From UHGV virus genome UHGV-0716684: a stretch of 44,840 nucleotides of DNA; one strand, given 5' to 3'. Of the stretch, positions 44,506 to 44,840 are shown one piece after another (position 1 is the stretch's first letter; each line of letters starts with the position of its first letter). The DNA is from a virus. Below the pieces are notes generated by a model. It was given only the letters and a program-made list of their open reading frames with translations. It searched no databases and was not told the origin of the DNA. A program made the translations under genes and the position numbers.

Positions 44506-44532
44506 TAGTAAAAAGGCCCAATGAAGGGCCTT
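44506..44532 (-). terminator. terminator hairpin (aaggccc-aatgaa-gggcctt) with T-run on minus strand
   Basis: Between end of upstream minus-strand gene and DNA polymerase start. Confidence 0.5.
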
Positions 44533-44551
44533 AGTTAAATTGATTCAGATA

Positions 44552-44840
44552 TTAACGGCGGCGACGTTCGCGGCGCGGTGCTTCATCTTCTTCGTCGTCT
44601 TCCAGGTCGTCGACGCTTGCAGCAACTTTAGAGCCTCCAAACGCTTTACCTTCTCCGACGTATTTAATCGCCAGCAGGTTAACGCCGAGTACTTTATATT
44701 TCTGGCTGAACCAGATTTCGACGCTTACGTTAGCGACGCAGCCGCTGTAAACCTGTTCACCTTCAATCTGTTCACCGTCTACGTTGAAGTCCTGCTCCAC
44801 CTGAGTCTCACCTTTTTTAGAGGTTACAATCAGCGGCTGT
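44552..44840 (-). CDS. 3-prime part of a gene; acidic-tailed protein, possibly ssDNA-binding
   Basis: Frame open to window end on minus strand; C-terminus ...SVDDLEDDEEDEAPRRERRRR; adjacent to DNA polymerase. Confidence 0.45.
   Translation of the reverse strand, partial: QPLIVTSKKGETQVEQDFNVDGEQIEGEQVYSGCVANVSVEIWFSQKYKVLGVNLLAIKYVGEGKAFGGSKVAASVDDLEDDEEDEAPRRERRRR

Noticed and set aside
1-44840. Interpretation of the window as a closed circular genome with one ORF spanning the junction
   Set aside because: Reading frames of the two edge-truncated minus-strand ORFs are not compatible across a direct join of position 44840 to position 1
1-44840. Searched for a lysogeny module (integrase, CI-like repressor with attP) and for CRISPR arrays
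   Set aside because: No integrase-like ORF or repeat-spacer array was seen; the XRE and AlpA-like HTH proteins are small regulators without an adjacent recombinase

Overview
This 44.8 kb window is a near-genome-sized slice of a tailed dsDNA bacteriophage with siphovirus-type structural genes and enterobacterial-like composition. Both window edges cut through minus-strand genes, so it is a slice of a longer or permuted sequence, not a closed genome. Layout: (1) 1-6436, minus-strand early/replication block (PD-(D/E)XK exonuclease, small ORFs, primase-helicase, AlpA-like HTH) with a divergent XRE-type HTH regulator at 3317-3532; (2) 6437-6917, noncoding switch region with divergent promoters and a terminated leader; (3) 6918-10159 and 11619-13289, two blocks of small plus-strand ORFs of unknown function flanking a holin/holin-like/lysozyme lysis cassette (10235-11271); (4) 13509-27150, packaging and head-to-tail genes (terminase small and large subunits, portal, head morphogenesis, scaffold, major capsid, connector and neck proteins, major tail protein), interrupted by minus-strand endonuclease genes and an unlinked i-spanin/o-spanin pair; (5) 27178-29725, a minus-strand accessory island inside the tail module; (6) 29827-39390, tail assembly chaperone, tape measure, distal tail, tip and tailspike-like genes; (7) 39420-44840, a second minus-strand replication block (SF2 helicase, HNH-AP2 endonuclease, VRR-NUC nuclease, family A DNA polymerase, 3-prime end of an acidic-tailed protein). 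No tRNA, rRNA, CRISPR array or integrase was recognised. The most distinctive signal is a palindromic operator-like motif (G)AATAG-N4-CTATT(C) embedded in at least eight sigma70-like promoters, several of them near-identical copies. All functional calls come from reading motifs in the translated ORFs; no database search was run.
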